Assembly (NCBI GenBank): GCA_965235115.1
Contig: OZ249436.1
Location: 11,906,001 to 11,970,000 of the forward strand
Length of the DNA: 64,000 nucleotides
Direction: 5' to 3'
Origin: Laetmonice hystrix
Taxonomy: Eukaryota
Of the stretch, positions 24,740 through 38,952 are shown piece by piece. The notes beneath the pieces were generated by a model that ran no database searches, was not told where the DNA came from, and saw only the letters and a program-made list of their open reading frames with translations. The first letter of the stretch is position 1, and each line of letters opens with the position of its first letter. Position numbers and translations under genes: made by a program.

Positions 24740-24993
24740 CTGCACAACACACAGGTTTTGGAAAAGATTCTTAAGTCTGTGCTTTAGTTGAATATTGTGA
24801 AGTCAATTTGCCATGAAGACAAAACTTCTATATTGAAAACCTAGCCATCACTAATCGAGTCTAACATCATGTCCAAATTCAATATAACCATGAAATAACG
24901 AGATAAGAAACTGGGGTGTACAACCAAAAACCCCATAAGTGTCAATTTTTCACTCTTAAAACAGAAGTGTTTCCCAAATTATTAACAAGATTA

Positions 24994-25182
<189 letters not shown>

Positions 25183-25194
25183 TTAACTGACCAG

Positions 25195-25301
25195 GGTTGC
25201 ATTTCTCATCTATCATTATCCTGTCGTGCGTTAAAATCCCCATTGAAAATGCATTGGAGTTAACGATACGACAAGCTAACGACATGATGAGAAACGCACC
25301 C
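25195..25301. mobile_element. Small Harbinger-like MITE
   Basis: Imperfect TIRs GGTTGCATTTCTCATC / GATGAGAAACGCACCC flanked by CAG/CAG. Confidence 0.55.
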
Positions 25302-25496
25302 CAGTATAAGTGTAACATCTTTCACTCTAAAAGGAACCATTACCTTTAGTCTTATTCAACTAACTGCAAGATAAACCGTTCCGGTCAGCCATAGAATTGC
25401 CACGCTATCCACTCCTTACACTAAGGCTTTCACAATTTGGAATTAAATGTATAATTCATAGGAGAAGTGATCCACATGAAGTAAGGACAATATTAC

Positions 25497-25591
25497 CTTT
25501 GTTGTTATATACATCCAGGTAGTTCGGTGCAGAGAATATTGTTATTAGTGATGGAAATCCTGTTGTTTGACTTTTCCTGTACATTCGATAT
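25497..25591 (-). CDS. PPP3CA: Calcineurin A exon 8
   Basis: 95 nt; [31 protein letters not shown] (SAPNY motif). Confidence 0.97.
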
Positions 25592-25809
25592 CTGTAGCAA
25601 ACAAAAATACCATTTTCAGCATGTTTCCATGGTCTATTTCTTCATCTCCGGGATCAGCACAATCTGGTGGGAAATGGACTCAGAAATACACCGCTCTTTC
25701 TCAAACTGCAATTTACGATAGTTAAGGTTAAAACTGTAGTTTGTAGACTTCCATTGGTTATGATGTGTCACTGATGATGAAAGTTAATAGATGATCTTAT
25801 AGTACTTAC

Positions 25810-25887
25810 CCAGCATCTTGTGCTTCATGTGCTCTGATTATTGAAAGTAAATTATTCTGTTGTAGGAAATCACAACATGCTGCATAG
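25810..25887 (-). CDS. PPP3CA: Calcineurin A exon 7
   Basis: 78 nt; [26 protein letters not shown]. Confidence 0.97.
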
Positions 25888-26158
25888 CTGAAATCAAAAG
25901 ACGAAATATGTTTATAGTGCTACCTCCAGTCCATGCAACCTCTGCTTAGATTTCACTAGTCTGAAACCTTCCGAGGTTTTGGCAACTCATGAGAGACAAA
26001 GTGTACTATTCATGTTACTGCATCAAATTCTACAGATAACTTGAAACAACTTTCTTATGCCCATCTATTCCTTATCACTAAAAGAATCATTTACATGTAC
26101 AGTCCAAAATTCCCTCATTGTATTACAAAGACTACCAGTAAATCTGGAAAGGCACTTA

Positions 26159-26299
<141 letters not shown>

Positions 26300-27178
26300 C
26301 TAAAAAAGAAAACAGGTTGTCCTTGGGACAATGTTGATAAAGTCTACAATTTCTTAATCAAATAGATCATTATACGACCACATAATCCAATTTTACTTTT
26401 TTCTTTTTTTTAATAATTCACTCGCATACCATTATCCCTATACTAAATGTTAAACTGTGTTCCCATTTGAAGGCTGATCATAAAATGAAAAATAACGACC
26501 TTGATAAGCATGGTTAACTGCTTTTTTTCACATCTGTAGTATTCAACTGGCTCGCCAGCCATCACTGCACAATGTTATCAACGCCAAGTCTTTGTTTAGT
26601 GGGAAAAATATTGAAAACAAAAAAATAAGGAGTGCCAAAGGCCGATATCAAATCAATATACAGATACTGCACAGGGAGCCTTGGTTCCCAATTATAAGAT
26701 GATGTATGAAAAATCCAGTACAGCTTTGCCACAGTTCTTGTGCTTATTATATTACACGAGTACCTTAATAAAAACCAGAAGCTCATCATCCAGTAGAGTA
26801 TCACCATGGCTACAGTGCTGTATACATAATAAAGATAATTACATTCGAGTTTGGTAGCCTGCATGCATACCTTGCCCAGGCCAGTAATGGGACTGCAAAC
26901 TCCTGTCAAACTGCCAGTAGGCCTGTTTATACATGGTCCCAGTGCCAGATCAACAATATTGTATGGTTAGCTCGTCCTGTGCCCAATCAGACGATACAAA
27001 AGCATATAAACAAACAAGCTGATTCACTCAACAAAGATGAGGCGCCGGTGTTCCCAGTCCCAGGGTCGCGCTGCTAGCTTGGCCACAACATTACAGGGGA
27101 GGGGAAGAATATATATTAGAGGAAATTCCATAACGTTATGCGTTACGAAAACTCTGTAAACTAAAATTTTCAACTTAC

Positions 27179-27324
27179 CTTCCTAATGTCTTCTAAATTG
27201 TGGATTTCCGGTGATAGCCCTCCGTGGACGCAGAGGAACTGTTGATTCATTAAAGCTGCTAGTGGTAGGCAGTCAAAGGCCTCCATACAAGAATCATACA
27301 CACGCTCCGTGTACTTTATTTTAC
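27179..27324 (-). CDS. PPP3CA: Calcineurin A exon 5
   Basis: 146 nt; [48 protein letters not shown]. Confidence 0.97.
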
Positions 27325-30300
27325 CTGAACACATGGAGATAAGAAACTTCATAAATTTGCATCCCATTTTCACTGTATTATGGTAAATCCTAAATCTGGA
27401 GTAGCTCTGAAAACCAAATGTACAGACAGGGCTGTATCTATTCAAGGTCATAATAAAATCATAATCACATTGATATTTTTTGCACTGGATAGCCAGGTAC
27501 CCAGTCTATCAGCCAACTGATAATAATAGTCAATACCCGGTATTTTTCAACCAAGGCATTGACCCTCCACGCAAACCATCAAATTCTACTCTATCATATC
27601 TTATCCCCTCTCCGTATCTGTGACATCCTAATGAGAAGAAACAAAATATTACTAAACTTTAAAATAATACCTTTAGATTACTTGGATCGTTAAACTGTTC
27701 AAAGCCAAACAAATGTCCTCCAATCCTTCAAGTATATTTTAAACATGATAGCTAGAAACTAAAAGATACCTTCTCAGGGCAGTGTTAAATGACACATTTT
27801 GCAATGACTCTCTCTAACTTGGACGGTATCATAAACTTTTAAGAAAGCCCTTTTCTCATTTAGGCTTGAAGCAGAGATTATATGCGTTGTTACAGCCAAG
27901 GGGTTAAATCTGGATTAATGCCGCCTTTCATCATTATCAATATTGACTCAATCAAGCAATGCCAACAAAAATTTAATCTTACGCTAAGCAAAGCTAAGAG
28001 AATCTTCATCAAGATTGACACTTGGTATTATGATAAATGTCTTCCTTCTTTTCACAGCCACGAATTTGTTTGTTTATCTGCCGACGGAAGATGTGCTGAG
28101 TCAGAAGATTTACCCAATCAGAACGACATGTGGGCCCACAAAAGAATTTCTTTCCGTCCAATGTCCAACTATAAATAGATGTATCCTTCAGTATTTTGCC
28201 AGTGCCATCACAGCCTCTATTGGCTCAGCATAACAACTTGCGACTTAACCTCGTTCTTTTGGAATAGCATGCTGAGAATAACCCCAGTCTAACATGGCAC
28301 TGTTCCACCTCCTAATACTAGAAAAACACCACCACCCCTGTCCATTCTCCCACAAAGATTGGCTGCTTGGTCCTGTTATGGTATGTTTCACTAACATGGT
28401 CACGTTTGTAAAGATACGTGAATAGTTTTGGTACTGTACTCGACCATACTTGAGGTCTATCAGACACTGTATCTGTCAGATGTGACTGACCTTCCTTAGT
28501 GATAATAGACCACTCTACTTCCGACAGGTCCCCGCCACAGAATGATCCAAACGCATTATTACAGCCTGATTGAAGGGTTGAAGTGTTGTGCTAAATGCAA
28601 CTTATTACACAGCATTTTAAAAACTTTATTGCAATATATTTATTTCAGTATTGTACCGTTTATGCATTCCCAAGCAAATCAAAGGTTGACAACAAAATTG
28701 AATACGACTATATTTAGGAGCTCTTTATCAAACCACGACTGTGTACACAAAGATATGCGAGTACAGGTAGGTAGACAGCATTTTACATGTTATTCCTTTC
28801 CCAGATTGTATCTTTAATATCTTTAAGTCTCTAGAATATCTACACCTGTACCACGGCCACCGTCCCATCCCTTAGTAACCCATCACTGAAATAAAATAGT
28901 AATGGTAACTAACAACCCCCTTGTGTACATAATCGGTTCCGTGGGTGTTTCTGTGTGCTAATTCCCCGTTGGCATTTGAGTGCATTGGCTGGGGCTCCAC
29001 AGACCAAGCAACCGGTGAGGAAATATGTGGCTGGTCCTGGCTGGAGGCTAGGTCCCCGAGGAGCGGCACTAGAAGACCGCTTCACTCTGGATCCCAGATC
29101 ATCTGCCTGACGACCCCCGGCAACCGCTAGCCTCCTGTACGCAACCACAACAGTCTGTCTGCTTTCCCTCTGGCTATCTCTCGCGGCCTATTTATCTTTA
29201 ACTGCTGTCTACTACTGCTGGCCAAACAGCCACTTGCAACTCACTGTGGTTTGCTCGGAACCCAACTGACTTTCCATCAGCTCTGCCAGAGTCCTGTCTT
29301 TTCTTTGGCGTAATTCAGATGCCAGAAAAGATTACTGGTATTTCTTGGTATTCATTTTCTTAATTCGAATCTATCTGATTAAGCTGTTTCTCCTAAATGA
29401 GGAAACTGCACTCAGCGAGAACGATGCACTTACTATGAGCATCACATCCGCTTATCCTTTAGTTTGCTATCCAAGAAATAAGGAAATGCCCAGGGTCTCA
29501 GTGACGAGTTTCTCCAATAAAGCCTGGCTATATTGGATCCGTGCGATCAACAAGAACACTGATCCTTTGCCTCAAAACGGATAAGCGATCTCAGCCTTCT
29601 ATTATTGGGACACTAACCGGGACGGGAATTTAGGCACTGAATATTACGAACAGCCTCAGTCAAAGATCTCCATATTTCATGAGCTAATTCTGTATGATCG
29701 ACAAGAAACCAATATAAGTGGCTGCCACTTGCTACAGGGCTGTGTAATTGAACGCATGCAATACAAACTTGTCAGGAACGATGGGGGAGTGGGTGGGGTT
29801 CAACGCCTGTACACTGTATGCCGTATTGCTTTTCCAAGCTTCGGTTCAATATCATGTAAGCGAGGCGAGAAGACACCTTCAGAAGTACGGTAGTGTTAGT
29901 GTGCCATATCCACTCCTGGTCTGTCGCAGCAAAGGCGTCAGTTTGAGCCGAAGATACAGGAGCTTGAGCTACAGCCAGCAAAGCCATGTAGCCCCATGAT
30001 AGATGACAATGGTCCATATTCATGATGTGCTGTGTGTGGTAGCCATATCACTTCGTTCTTGTGCCATCAATACAAGCCCACTGAGATTTGAGCGGGCAGC
30101 TGCCCTGCCACAATCATGGCGCCCACTGCACCACAACAGCCTGCCCGTTCATGCATGCAGGGATGTCCAAACCTAGTTCTCACCCTGGGACCTCTACGGC
30201 TGTTCCCATAGCTCACCAAGCCAAGCTGACCCGATCAAATTGAATCGAGATTGGTTGTAGATAGGCTCACTGGCTAAAACATGTCACACTTAGTGGTCAA

Positions 30301-31416
30301 TACTGCAATTATTCTAACATATTCATATTCTTCCATGTAGCTTCTACAGCGAAGCTTTCTCTTCTGCCATCCCTTCTCGTTCCCTCTTACTTACTCTAAA
30401 CAGAATGGTATTAAATATCTGTCAGGATGACCAAATCTACATGAAAACGGATCTAAATGGGGCTATCAGACTGTGTTAATTTGGAGCAGATTACTGTAGC
30501 TGTACAATAAAAGGTTTATTACACAATGAATTACGTTGATCTCATAAATGCTGAAAGGAAGGCAATCCAGAATAACTGTTAATAACTGTATAGTACCCCG
30601 GTATAGCCTTACAAACTATAATGTACTTCCACTGAGCAAATAATCATGTTTGATCTGGAGAATTGAATTCTAAGCATAAGTCCACACTCTTAAAAACAGG
30701 ACATGTACCAACAGCTCCTATTGACCTTGTTTTTTTGGGGGGGGTGTACAACGATAAAGCTGCATATCACTCAGCGTTCAAATTAAGCAGTTGTCCGGTT
30801 GTCCGAGACAACCTAAAATGTTGTCAGACAACCCTACATTTCCGGCAAAAGATGGCCAACCTTATTCTGGGATAATCACTATACACATTAGAATCTCTTT
30901 CAAGTTGTATTGATCTGTTGTGACCTGTAATAAAACTAAAGGCCACTGCGAGATATGTTACAACCTTCTCAATACTAGGCCTCTTTGGGAGAAAATGTCC
31001 AACGACAACCTATCTGTTTTATAATAGCCTGGTAATTCCTAGTTGTAAAGTTCTTCGGAAATTGCTGGTCATTCCCAACCAAACAATTCTTCATCAAGAA
31101 ATCTTGGCAATATTATTGAAAGGCAAACATGATTGGTGACCAACTAGGGCAGATACGCACTTTGTCCGAATCAGCCAGCCAAAGGAGGATAAAGAACCCC
31201 CAGCTGGTGTCAATCTTGGAGGTGCACAACTGGTGGCAGAGGAAGAATGTTGAATCTTGTGGTGTTTATTGTTTACCTGGGACTGGAACGTATACATCAC
31301 CTGTGGATTACGTCACAAACTACAGGAGAGTCTGTCCCCGATGTCTAGCACTACTCTTCTACATCAAAATTCATACTTAGCCACCCACTTTCACATAGAC
31401 ACTTTTCAAACTAGTG

Positions 31417-31601
31417 CAGGGTTTCCTGCAGGCCCTTTTTGGAGGGGGGGGGGGAGACTCCTCCCCCCCCCCATTATTCAGCTACTCCCCCACAAAAAAT
31501 TTCCAGGGGGAAATATTTTGCATTACTCTCCCCCCCCCCCAAACTCGCAGCATCCCCCCCCCCCAAAAAAAAAAAAAGTCGAAAATCTCCAGGAAAGCCT
31601 G
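31417..31601. mobile_element. hAT-like MITE with 5-bp TSD
   Basis: TIRs CAGGGTTTCCTG / CAGGAAAGCCTG; flanks TAGTG/TAGTG (31412-16, 31602-06). Confidence 0.75.
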
Positions 31602-32060
31602 TAGTGCTTCTCTGTTAAAAAAATATCCAACTGCTATGATGGCTGACCAGACTATCAGAAAAATTCCAACCCCTATTACAGAGATCATTACAACCTGTGG
31701 ATTCCTTGATTGAATCAGCATTATTTTGACATTCCTCGACAATAAATCATCTGTCATATAACGTAGGTAGAAACTATGCTTGTACAAAACCTATCAGCCT
31801 ATTGAGATGTCTAAATATCAGTTCTATTAGACTACTCATATTTTAAAATTAGAATTTACATTATGAACATTCAGGCAAAGAGAAAAGATTAGCAAGATGG
31901 GAAAAAAATGAATAAAATTAAATGTTTCTCATCCACAATGTTAATACCAACAGGTAATTCACATCAATATAACGGTATACAGCTTGCAAAAAATAGCATA
32001 AACTTACACATATGGGCTGTTCACAGACCTACACACTAAATGTATAATAACGATACTTAC

Positions 32061-32172
32061 ATTCTTGTTTGAATGTGAAGTATTCTGTGAGATGCCTACA
32101 TTCATGGTTTCCACGCAACATGAAAAATGTGTTGGGGTAGAGAATTTTCAATGCCCATAGGTATAATACACA
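32061..32172 (-). CDS. PPP3CA: Calcineurin A exon 4
   Basis: 112 nt; [37 protein letters not shown] (RGNHE motif). Confidence 0.97.
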
Positions 32173-34026
32173 CTGAAAAAGAAAAAGAAAATCACAGTAT
32201 TAGTATCATAGCACAGAAAAACAAACGGAATGGATCAGTGTCAAACGGTACACAATAGCACTGTGGGAGTTATCATACAAACAAATATTTTCAGGCAAAA
32301 CAGACTGCTCTGCATCCCTGAAATGTGCAGACACTTTGTTTGGTTTGGTCGCGGAATTTGCTTTCCAGCTGCAGAAAGAGTATATCTACCCTAGCATATG
32401 AAAAAAAATCTTACATGGCTCTTATACAGTGCACAGGTATAGGAATGTAACGTTATGGAATGATAATATTTTCATTCATACAATGTTATTGATTGATACG
32501 CTTGGATCTAGGCACCTGGACTACCACAATGCACGTTGTCTTAGGGGAGGGAAAAATAATAGTAGAATTCCAATTTTGTGACTCGCTGTGTTCAGCATTC
32601 ACCCACCCCAAAAGAAAGGAACCCCCACCTAAAATACGGACCCCCTATTTTGAGGGAGACTCCTGCAATCAGACTTCTACTCCTGGCATAATGATTTTTC
32701 TCACTATGCATTAATACAGTGACATAATGAAGAACTTCCATTTCATCCTTAAATCTGCAATTTCGTACCTACTAGGGCATGAATTTACGAAGCAGTCACA
32801 ATCTTGCAATCATCTGAAATGTATTACCCTTTTTCAGGTTACCCATTCTACTATCACCCATTTTCCCTGCCCTCACAAAGGTCGCAATCTACACCTTGAG
32901 GACCCCTCCCTTCACTTATAAGCTAAAAAAAATAACTGCTTATCTTTTTACTTGACCTGATTCCTAGTTCAGCAAGAATATCTTCCTTGGATATTAGCTA
33001 TTCCCCCCCCCCCCCCCCCGAAGATGATTGGACTCCCAAGTGGATTGGTTAAGCCTTCCTACTGAAGATGCCAGAGCTTTCTGGGCGAAGGAGGTACTGA
33101 TATCGAACTAGGGCATCAAATATCGCTTTTAAGGAGATACTTGTACCACCTGTCTATCTATGCCCTGGGTGCACTCTGCTACATAATACGATGGCTCCCG
33201 AGGCGTTTAGTCGTAATCTACAGAACCCAGAAACAGCACCTTAGCCTACTCCATCTCTGCATGTCATGTTACAAAACAAAGGCTTCTGGCACTGTCTGCA
33301 TATTACACATGCCGAGTTGGCATGATGGTATGCATGCCAAGGCCAGGAAACAAAAACACATTTTATCTAGACTTCCACCGCTTTCTTTCAATTTCGGTTT
33401 ATATTCTTTCATCTCTAAACAACTTACTAGGCATGAAGCAATACTGATACAAAATTTTACTTCCTTCTTATTATAAAGATCATATTAATGAATGTTTTAT
33501 TCATGTCGTGTTGTCTCTCCTCCAAAACAAACCACTTCCACTTTACTGGTTTAGCAACTGCCCACTCAATGTTCATCATTTTTAGTGTACTCTTCCCCCC
33601 CCCCCCTCCCCCCACCTGCCAGACACTGAGACAGACCCAACAATGATCTAAAATTATGCCTTCATCTACAGTATATGTTATGAGAACTGTATCACAAAGA
33701 CTCCTGAAAATTGCCAAAATTGCAGGTGCTTTATTGATTCTTTCCTATTTACCAGTCGTGTCCAACAGTAGTACTCAGTAGTACATGTCAATATCTATAG
33801 TAATATTCAACAAATCGGGCTTCACCTTAGAATAACTTGTGTGCTACAGAGCTAGATGTGCCAGTGATACCTTCCCTCCCAACTGGCCCATGCAATCTAT
33901 AATGAACACTGATCAAAAACAAATTAAATTATAAGAAAACGATTTTTGAGGGGTGGGGTGGGGATGGAAGGTGGACTTTAATCTAAAGATTTGGTGTCAA
34001 TTTTTTTACTACAGACCAATGGACAC

Positions 34027-34314
34027 TAGGGCTGAAACGATTCATTGGCATATAGGTGCATCGCAATAGTTTGTGTCCAATACGATACATCGATATGAAT
34101 GTCAAAGTATCGATACAAAACAATATGCCACGAGTGTGACATAACACCTGCAACTAGTGTTTGAAATTTAAACAGATGCGTTTTATTCTTATTCAGTTTC
34201 AGCATAGTACACTTTTAGTTTCCTTAAGAAATATCATGATACGTATCGTATCGTTTGTCATGTATCGTCGTGATATGCATCGTATCGTGACACAAGTGTA
34301 TCGTTTCAGCCCTA
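34027..34314. mobile_element. hAT (Ac-like) MITE with 8-bp TSD
   Basis: TIRs TAGGGCTGAAACGAT / ATCGTTTCAGCCCTA; perfect TSD ATGGACAC (34019-26, 34315-22); subterminal CGATA/TATCG repeats. Confidence 0.92.
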
Positions 34315-35000
34315 ATGGACACCAACTTTATGATCTCGAGTCTTCATTGTCTCGCCGGGTATAGAGTATGGGATGACGGCAAGAGTGGCGCCATTTGCAT
34401 TAATATTGTATGGTTGGTGGCGAAGCCTGGATGCTTGCTTGGCTGACCGCCTGTTCTGTCTGTGCCACTGTGCCTGTGCATGGAGTGCTGTATGCCTGAG
34501 CTCGCCCTGCAGCCACCATCTGCTGCTGCGGCTGCTCCTCCTGGTCCTGATGCTACCGGTGCCGTGCGCTGCCCTGGTGTGGCCAGATAGCAGCCTCCAC
34601 ACTCTCTCAAGCACACTGCTCTCTGTCTGGGATCAATAGTCAGATGCTCACCGACCGCCAGCAATTCATGAATTCCTCAACCAAACCTGACAGGTTAGGA
34701 AAACCTGGTTTCCAACTGGCCCCAGGCGGACAACCGAACTCGAACTTAATGTAAGATAGTCTAGTTGTAGTGGTGGTAGGATGTTTTACGTCCTGTAGGC
34801 AACTGTTGACCATCTTCAGACACCAAATCTTTTTCATTTATTCCGGCCACTTGGTTTGTGATTGGGATGATCATGATGCTGAGGAAACCCGAACACCGGC
34901 CGGGCCAGCCTACTCTTTTCGAGCGGGCACGGTTCTTCAACAACAATGCCAAGACACAGCGCAATACGCACAGCCTTTGATAACCCGGTCGGTAGCACTG

Positions 35001-35058
35001 TGGGGGTGGGGGTGGGGGTGGGGGTGGGGGTGGGGTGGGGGTGGGGCTGGGGGGGGGT
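35001..35058. repeat. (TGGGGG)n G-rich tract, potential G-quadruplex
   Basis: About 9 consecutive G-runs read directly. Confidence 0.8.
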
Positions 35059-36476
35059 GTGTGGTTGGTCTGAAGCTGCGAGAAGAAACACGAGTCCAAA
35101 CTGGCCCCCAGCCAGAGCCTCTAAACGTTAGACCAGCCCTACCCCCGAAGGTGTTTTCAATTCAATTTCCCCCCTTCAAACCAAATTTCTACTCTTGATA
35201 AACGTGCTTCTTGTAAGTTGAATGAATGTATATCAACCCGACAGTCTCTGCATGTACAACAACACAGCTGTACATTATAATACACGTGCAATGGCCACAG
35301 CTAGGGGAGAATAGGAACCGAAACGCTGTAGCTTATGAAAAGTACAAAGATTCACCATGGGTTAACATCAGACATGCATAGAAGAAACTCCACTTGCAGT
35401 ATTTTAGCACATGTGTGTCAACTACAACGATTTCTATGAAAACCTTTCAGTTGTTATTATCATTCTATAGATCTGGAAAAATCATATCAGCCTTGTTAGT
35501 ACAAGAGATAAATCTTGGATAAACATAAAAGGTCATGCATCTAGGCAGAGCCACAATAGCAAACTGGGTAGGATATGGTGTTTTGGCTGTTGTCCAGGCA
35601 TACGCGGCCAATTTGCCGGCTCAAAACACAGTAAACCATTGGAATGTGGCCTCCATTTTATTTTTAAAATAGGAAGCTGCATCGAATGGGGGCAGTAGGC
35701 AGCATGTAAAAATACTATTTTCTGCACAGGGGTCTTTTGACACTGAAGTGCTGCCTACAAGTAGGCACGCGGATATTCTGGGCTGAATTACACTACGCTA
35801 CATTTAGAGGATCCGTCGACACTGGTGTCTGCTGTGAAGTAAGGTACCCGACAGTCTTTATGTTCCTATCATCTTTGTGCCCCGAATATTGGCTTTTACT
35901 GCCACAATAATCAAACTTGTGAGTGAGTGAATTGGAGGTTTTACACTCTTTTAGCCATATTCAGGGCAACGGACAAGCATTTATTATATCAACTTTATGC
36001 CCCCAGATCACTGTTCATGAAATTACTGCATGTAACCTGTATTTAATTCATTACATTTATAAAATACCAAAACCGTATAAAAGAAAATAATGCTGATGCA
36101 GTATTATATCCACTTCAGTTGGCAGACATCAGAAACGTAACATCAATAGATTTGTTGGCTTGAAAGGTAGCAAACTTAAAAAAGCCCTGTAAAAGCAGTC
36201 AGGTCCACATCATGTTTTTGGCACCATTATTCAATTCTTATAAGGTTTAAAAACATGATGCATCCTACAGATGTGACCAAGGTCTCAAATTCTATGTCAG
36301 ATGCTTGGTTTTGATAATTTAGTTGACGTTGACAACTAAGATAATGGACAGATGTAAATTGCTAAAAAAGGAGAACGTCAGAGGAAACTTGATAAGACTG
36401 GGTGCATCTGAAGTGTAACACATGAAACTCAAAGAATTGTAGTTAATACAATTCTCCAAGTGACCTGTGTCTATTA

Positions 36477-36971
36477 TTTACAAGACAGCGAATTCTAGAA
36501 TTCATATACAGTATCTGATGTAAATTCTAGAATACGCTTCGCTTCGGTGTGCTATTTGACAACAGTGTGAATGGAAACGAAGTGCATTATGACGGCGACA
36601 GTTGCCCCCCACCAAAACAATTCTCCAAGTGATCCGTGTCTATTAAAGCTTCCTTTCAATACAGCCCGATATATGGCTATATCTTCCAGTGACGTATGTA
36701 CATACAAGACCATGTGGGACACATACCCTTTTCACACTAGACCCCAGAAAGCGCATTGATGTGCATTTCAGAATCCGTACCATTCAGATTAGAGATCCAA
36801 TGCACATTGGAAGCGATTCAATGCGTATTTACAAGACAGCGAATTCTAGAATTCACATACAGCATCCGATGTGAATTCTAGAATATGCTTTGCTTCGGTG
36901 TGCTATTTGACGACAGTGTGAATGGAAACGAAGTGTATTATGACGGCGACAGTTGCCCCCCACCAAAACAA
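36477..36971. repeat. Local direct duplication of ~145 bp
   Basis: TTTACAAGACAGCGAATTCTAGAATTC...GTTGCCCCCCACCAAAACAA at about 36477-36620 and 36827-36971 with few substitutions. Confidence 0.85.
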
Positions 36972-37176
36972 CACTGAAAAAAATTATGGCGCTACCCGTT
37001 GTAACACTTTGTTTTGCTTCTAGTGTGAATTGTATGCTAGTGTGAATGGTGTGGATTCTGCAGTATAGTTTTCTTCGGTTTGTGGTGTCATGTGACTGCC
37101 AATGCAGCCTGCAGAGAGTCGGGATCCAGACATCCTTTTATGAGAATTCATGGCACTGACAAAACAATGGGCAATA

Positions 37177-38100
37177 CAGTGGCCCCCCTCATAAGCGACC
37201 ACCCCTGCTGCAGAGAGAAAGTGGTCGCTAGTGGCGGGTGGTCGCCTAAACGAGGGATCGTTAAGTACACATGGTGACCACCAGGTGGCTACATGCGAGA
37301 TAACTACACACAGTTAACACTAGGTGGCGACTTCCCAGTTAGAGGGAGGGACAAAGGGGGGGGGGGTGAAGGTATGGAGTTATTCTTGCCAAATAACCCC
37401 CCACATGACAACATGACAGTGTCAGTTCAGAGAGACAAAAAATATTTAATTTTACTTAAAGAAAGACCCTAGTCTTGTCTGTTTCATTTCATTTATGGCT
37501 TTTCTAGACTCTTCTTTTAGCAAGTCTTGCAGTTTGTAATGCATTCCAGCATCTGAGTCTAAAATATGGCACGGTTTTAGTTCAGAGAGACAAAAAATAT
37601 TTAATTTTATTAAATTTATTGTCTGTTTCTTTTCATTTACGGCTTTTCTAGACTCTTCTTTTAGCATGCTGTTTTTTCAACAGGCATGGAAGTAGGGGGG
37701 GGGAGCAAAACCGTTAGCTTAATATGTGATGGAAGCCTGGTGGGGAAGGTGAGAGACTGGGCCTAGCAGCCGTGGTGGGGCCGTGTGATGGAAGTCGGGC
37801 AGGAGACACGTGGCCGGCCATGGTGGGATGGAAGTGGGTGGGTGGGTGGGTGGGGGGGGGGGGTGAGGGACGGTGTTGACAACAGTGTTATGACTAGGCA
37901 CGGCTGATTCTCAAAGGCAGGTCGCTGATAAGGGGTGACCAGTGGAGTTGATGCAGGGATATGCCGGTCGCTGGTCGTTAGTGCCGGGTGGTCGCTTATA
38001 AGGGTGGAATTATAGTGTGAAGTGGTTAATGCAATGGAAATGTGGTCGCTAGAGGCGGGTGGTCGCTTATAAGGGGTGGTCTTTAAGAGGGGGACCACTG
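37177..38100. mobile_element. Tc1/mariner (pogo/Tigger-like) non-autonomous element
   Basis: TA|CAGTGGCCCCCCTCATAAG...CTTTAAGAGGGGGACCACTG|TA; repeated GGTGGTCGCT subterminal motifs. Confidence 0.85.
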
Positions 38101-38663
38101 TACTGGCAATACAAGGCAGTTGTCCTGTCTGGGATATATAACAGAGTACATCAGGTGCAATAATGATAATGATACTGGCATTATCATTATTGTACCTGAT
38201 GTCAACCTGTTGTACTCCGTTATATTATGTGGTCGTCGTTCCCATTACAGTATTTGACATCACCATGAAGGTTCTACCTCCCAGTACTAATTATCTCTCT
38301 ATTGTTCATATATGATGCTGTTGTCGAAGTCAGATATAATTCAATCGTTTCCTTCACACAAAAGATTACCTGTACATATTTTGGTCTTTCGTAATCAACT
38401 GAACTATACTAATTTTCCGACTATAAGCCAAACTTTATTCTTCTCAAATTAATCATGAATTGGGGTGCAGCTTATATGTGGCTGGAGACCAAGTCGGCCT
38501 ATAAGTTAGTTCAGGATATTTTCCCTAGGTGAATTTCTAATGGGAACTGGCCTGCTTTTTAAATACTAATTAGGGTAAAATTAGGGTACTTGTTTCAAAC
38601 CACATCTCTTTTCTATCACAATGTCAATAATTTACTCTCCAGCACAAAATTTTACTTTCCATT

Positions 38664-38952
38664 CAGGGATGAGCCCATGCCGGGCAGCGCCGGGCGGGCC
38701 CGCCTGGCACCGACTTTAGCCGCCCAGCACAAAACTAAAAAAGTTCAAGTGCCGCCCAGTAGGAATTTTTATTATGCCTATCATCTGATAAATGTGTGTA
38801 CATATTAACTTCTCATACCGTCTCTTGTTCATTCATACCAAGGCGCTAACCAAACGGCCCCCGTCCACACCTCTTGCCAACTGAAACCCTTGCGCTTCGG
38901 TGCTAGCGCACAACTACTGCCCGTCAGTTAATTTTTTCTGGGCACATCCCTG
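38664..38952. mobile_element. hAT-like MITE, degenerate 6-bp TSD
   Basis: TIRs CAGGGATGAGCCCA / TGGGCACATCCCTG; flanks TCCATT / TCCATC. Confidence 0.65.

Noticed and set aside
31090..33300. Possible degraded LINE reverse transcriptase/RNase H fragments
   Set aside because: Only faint resemblance with stops and frameshifts; cannot be supported without a search.
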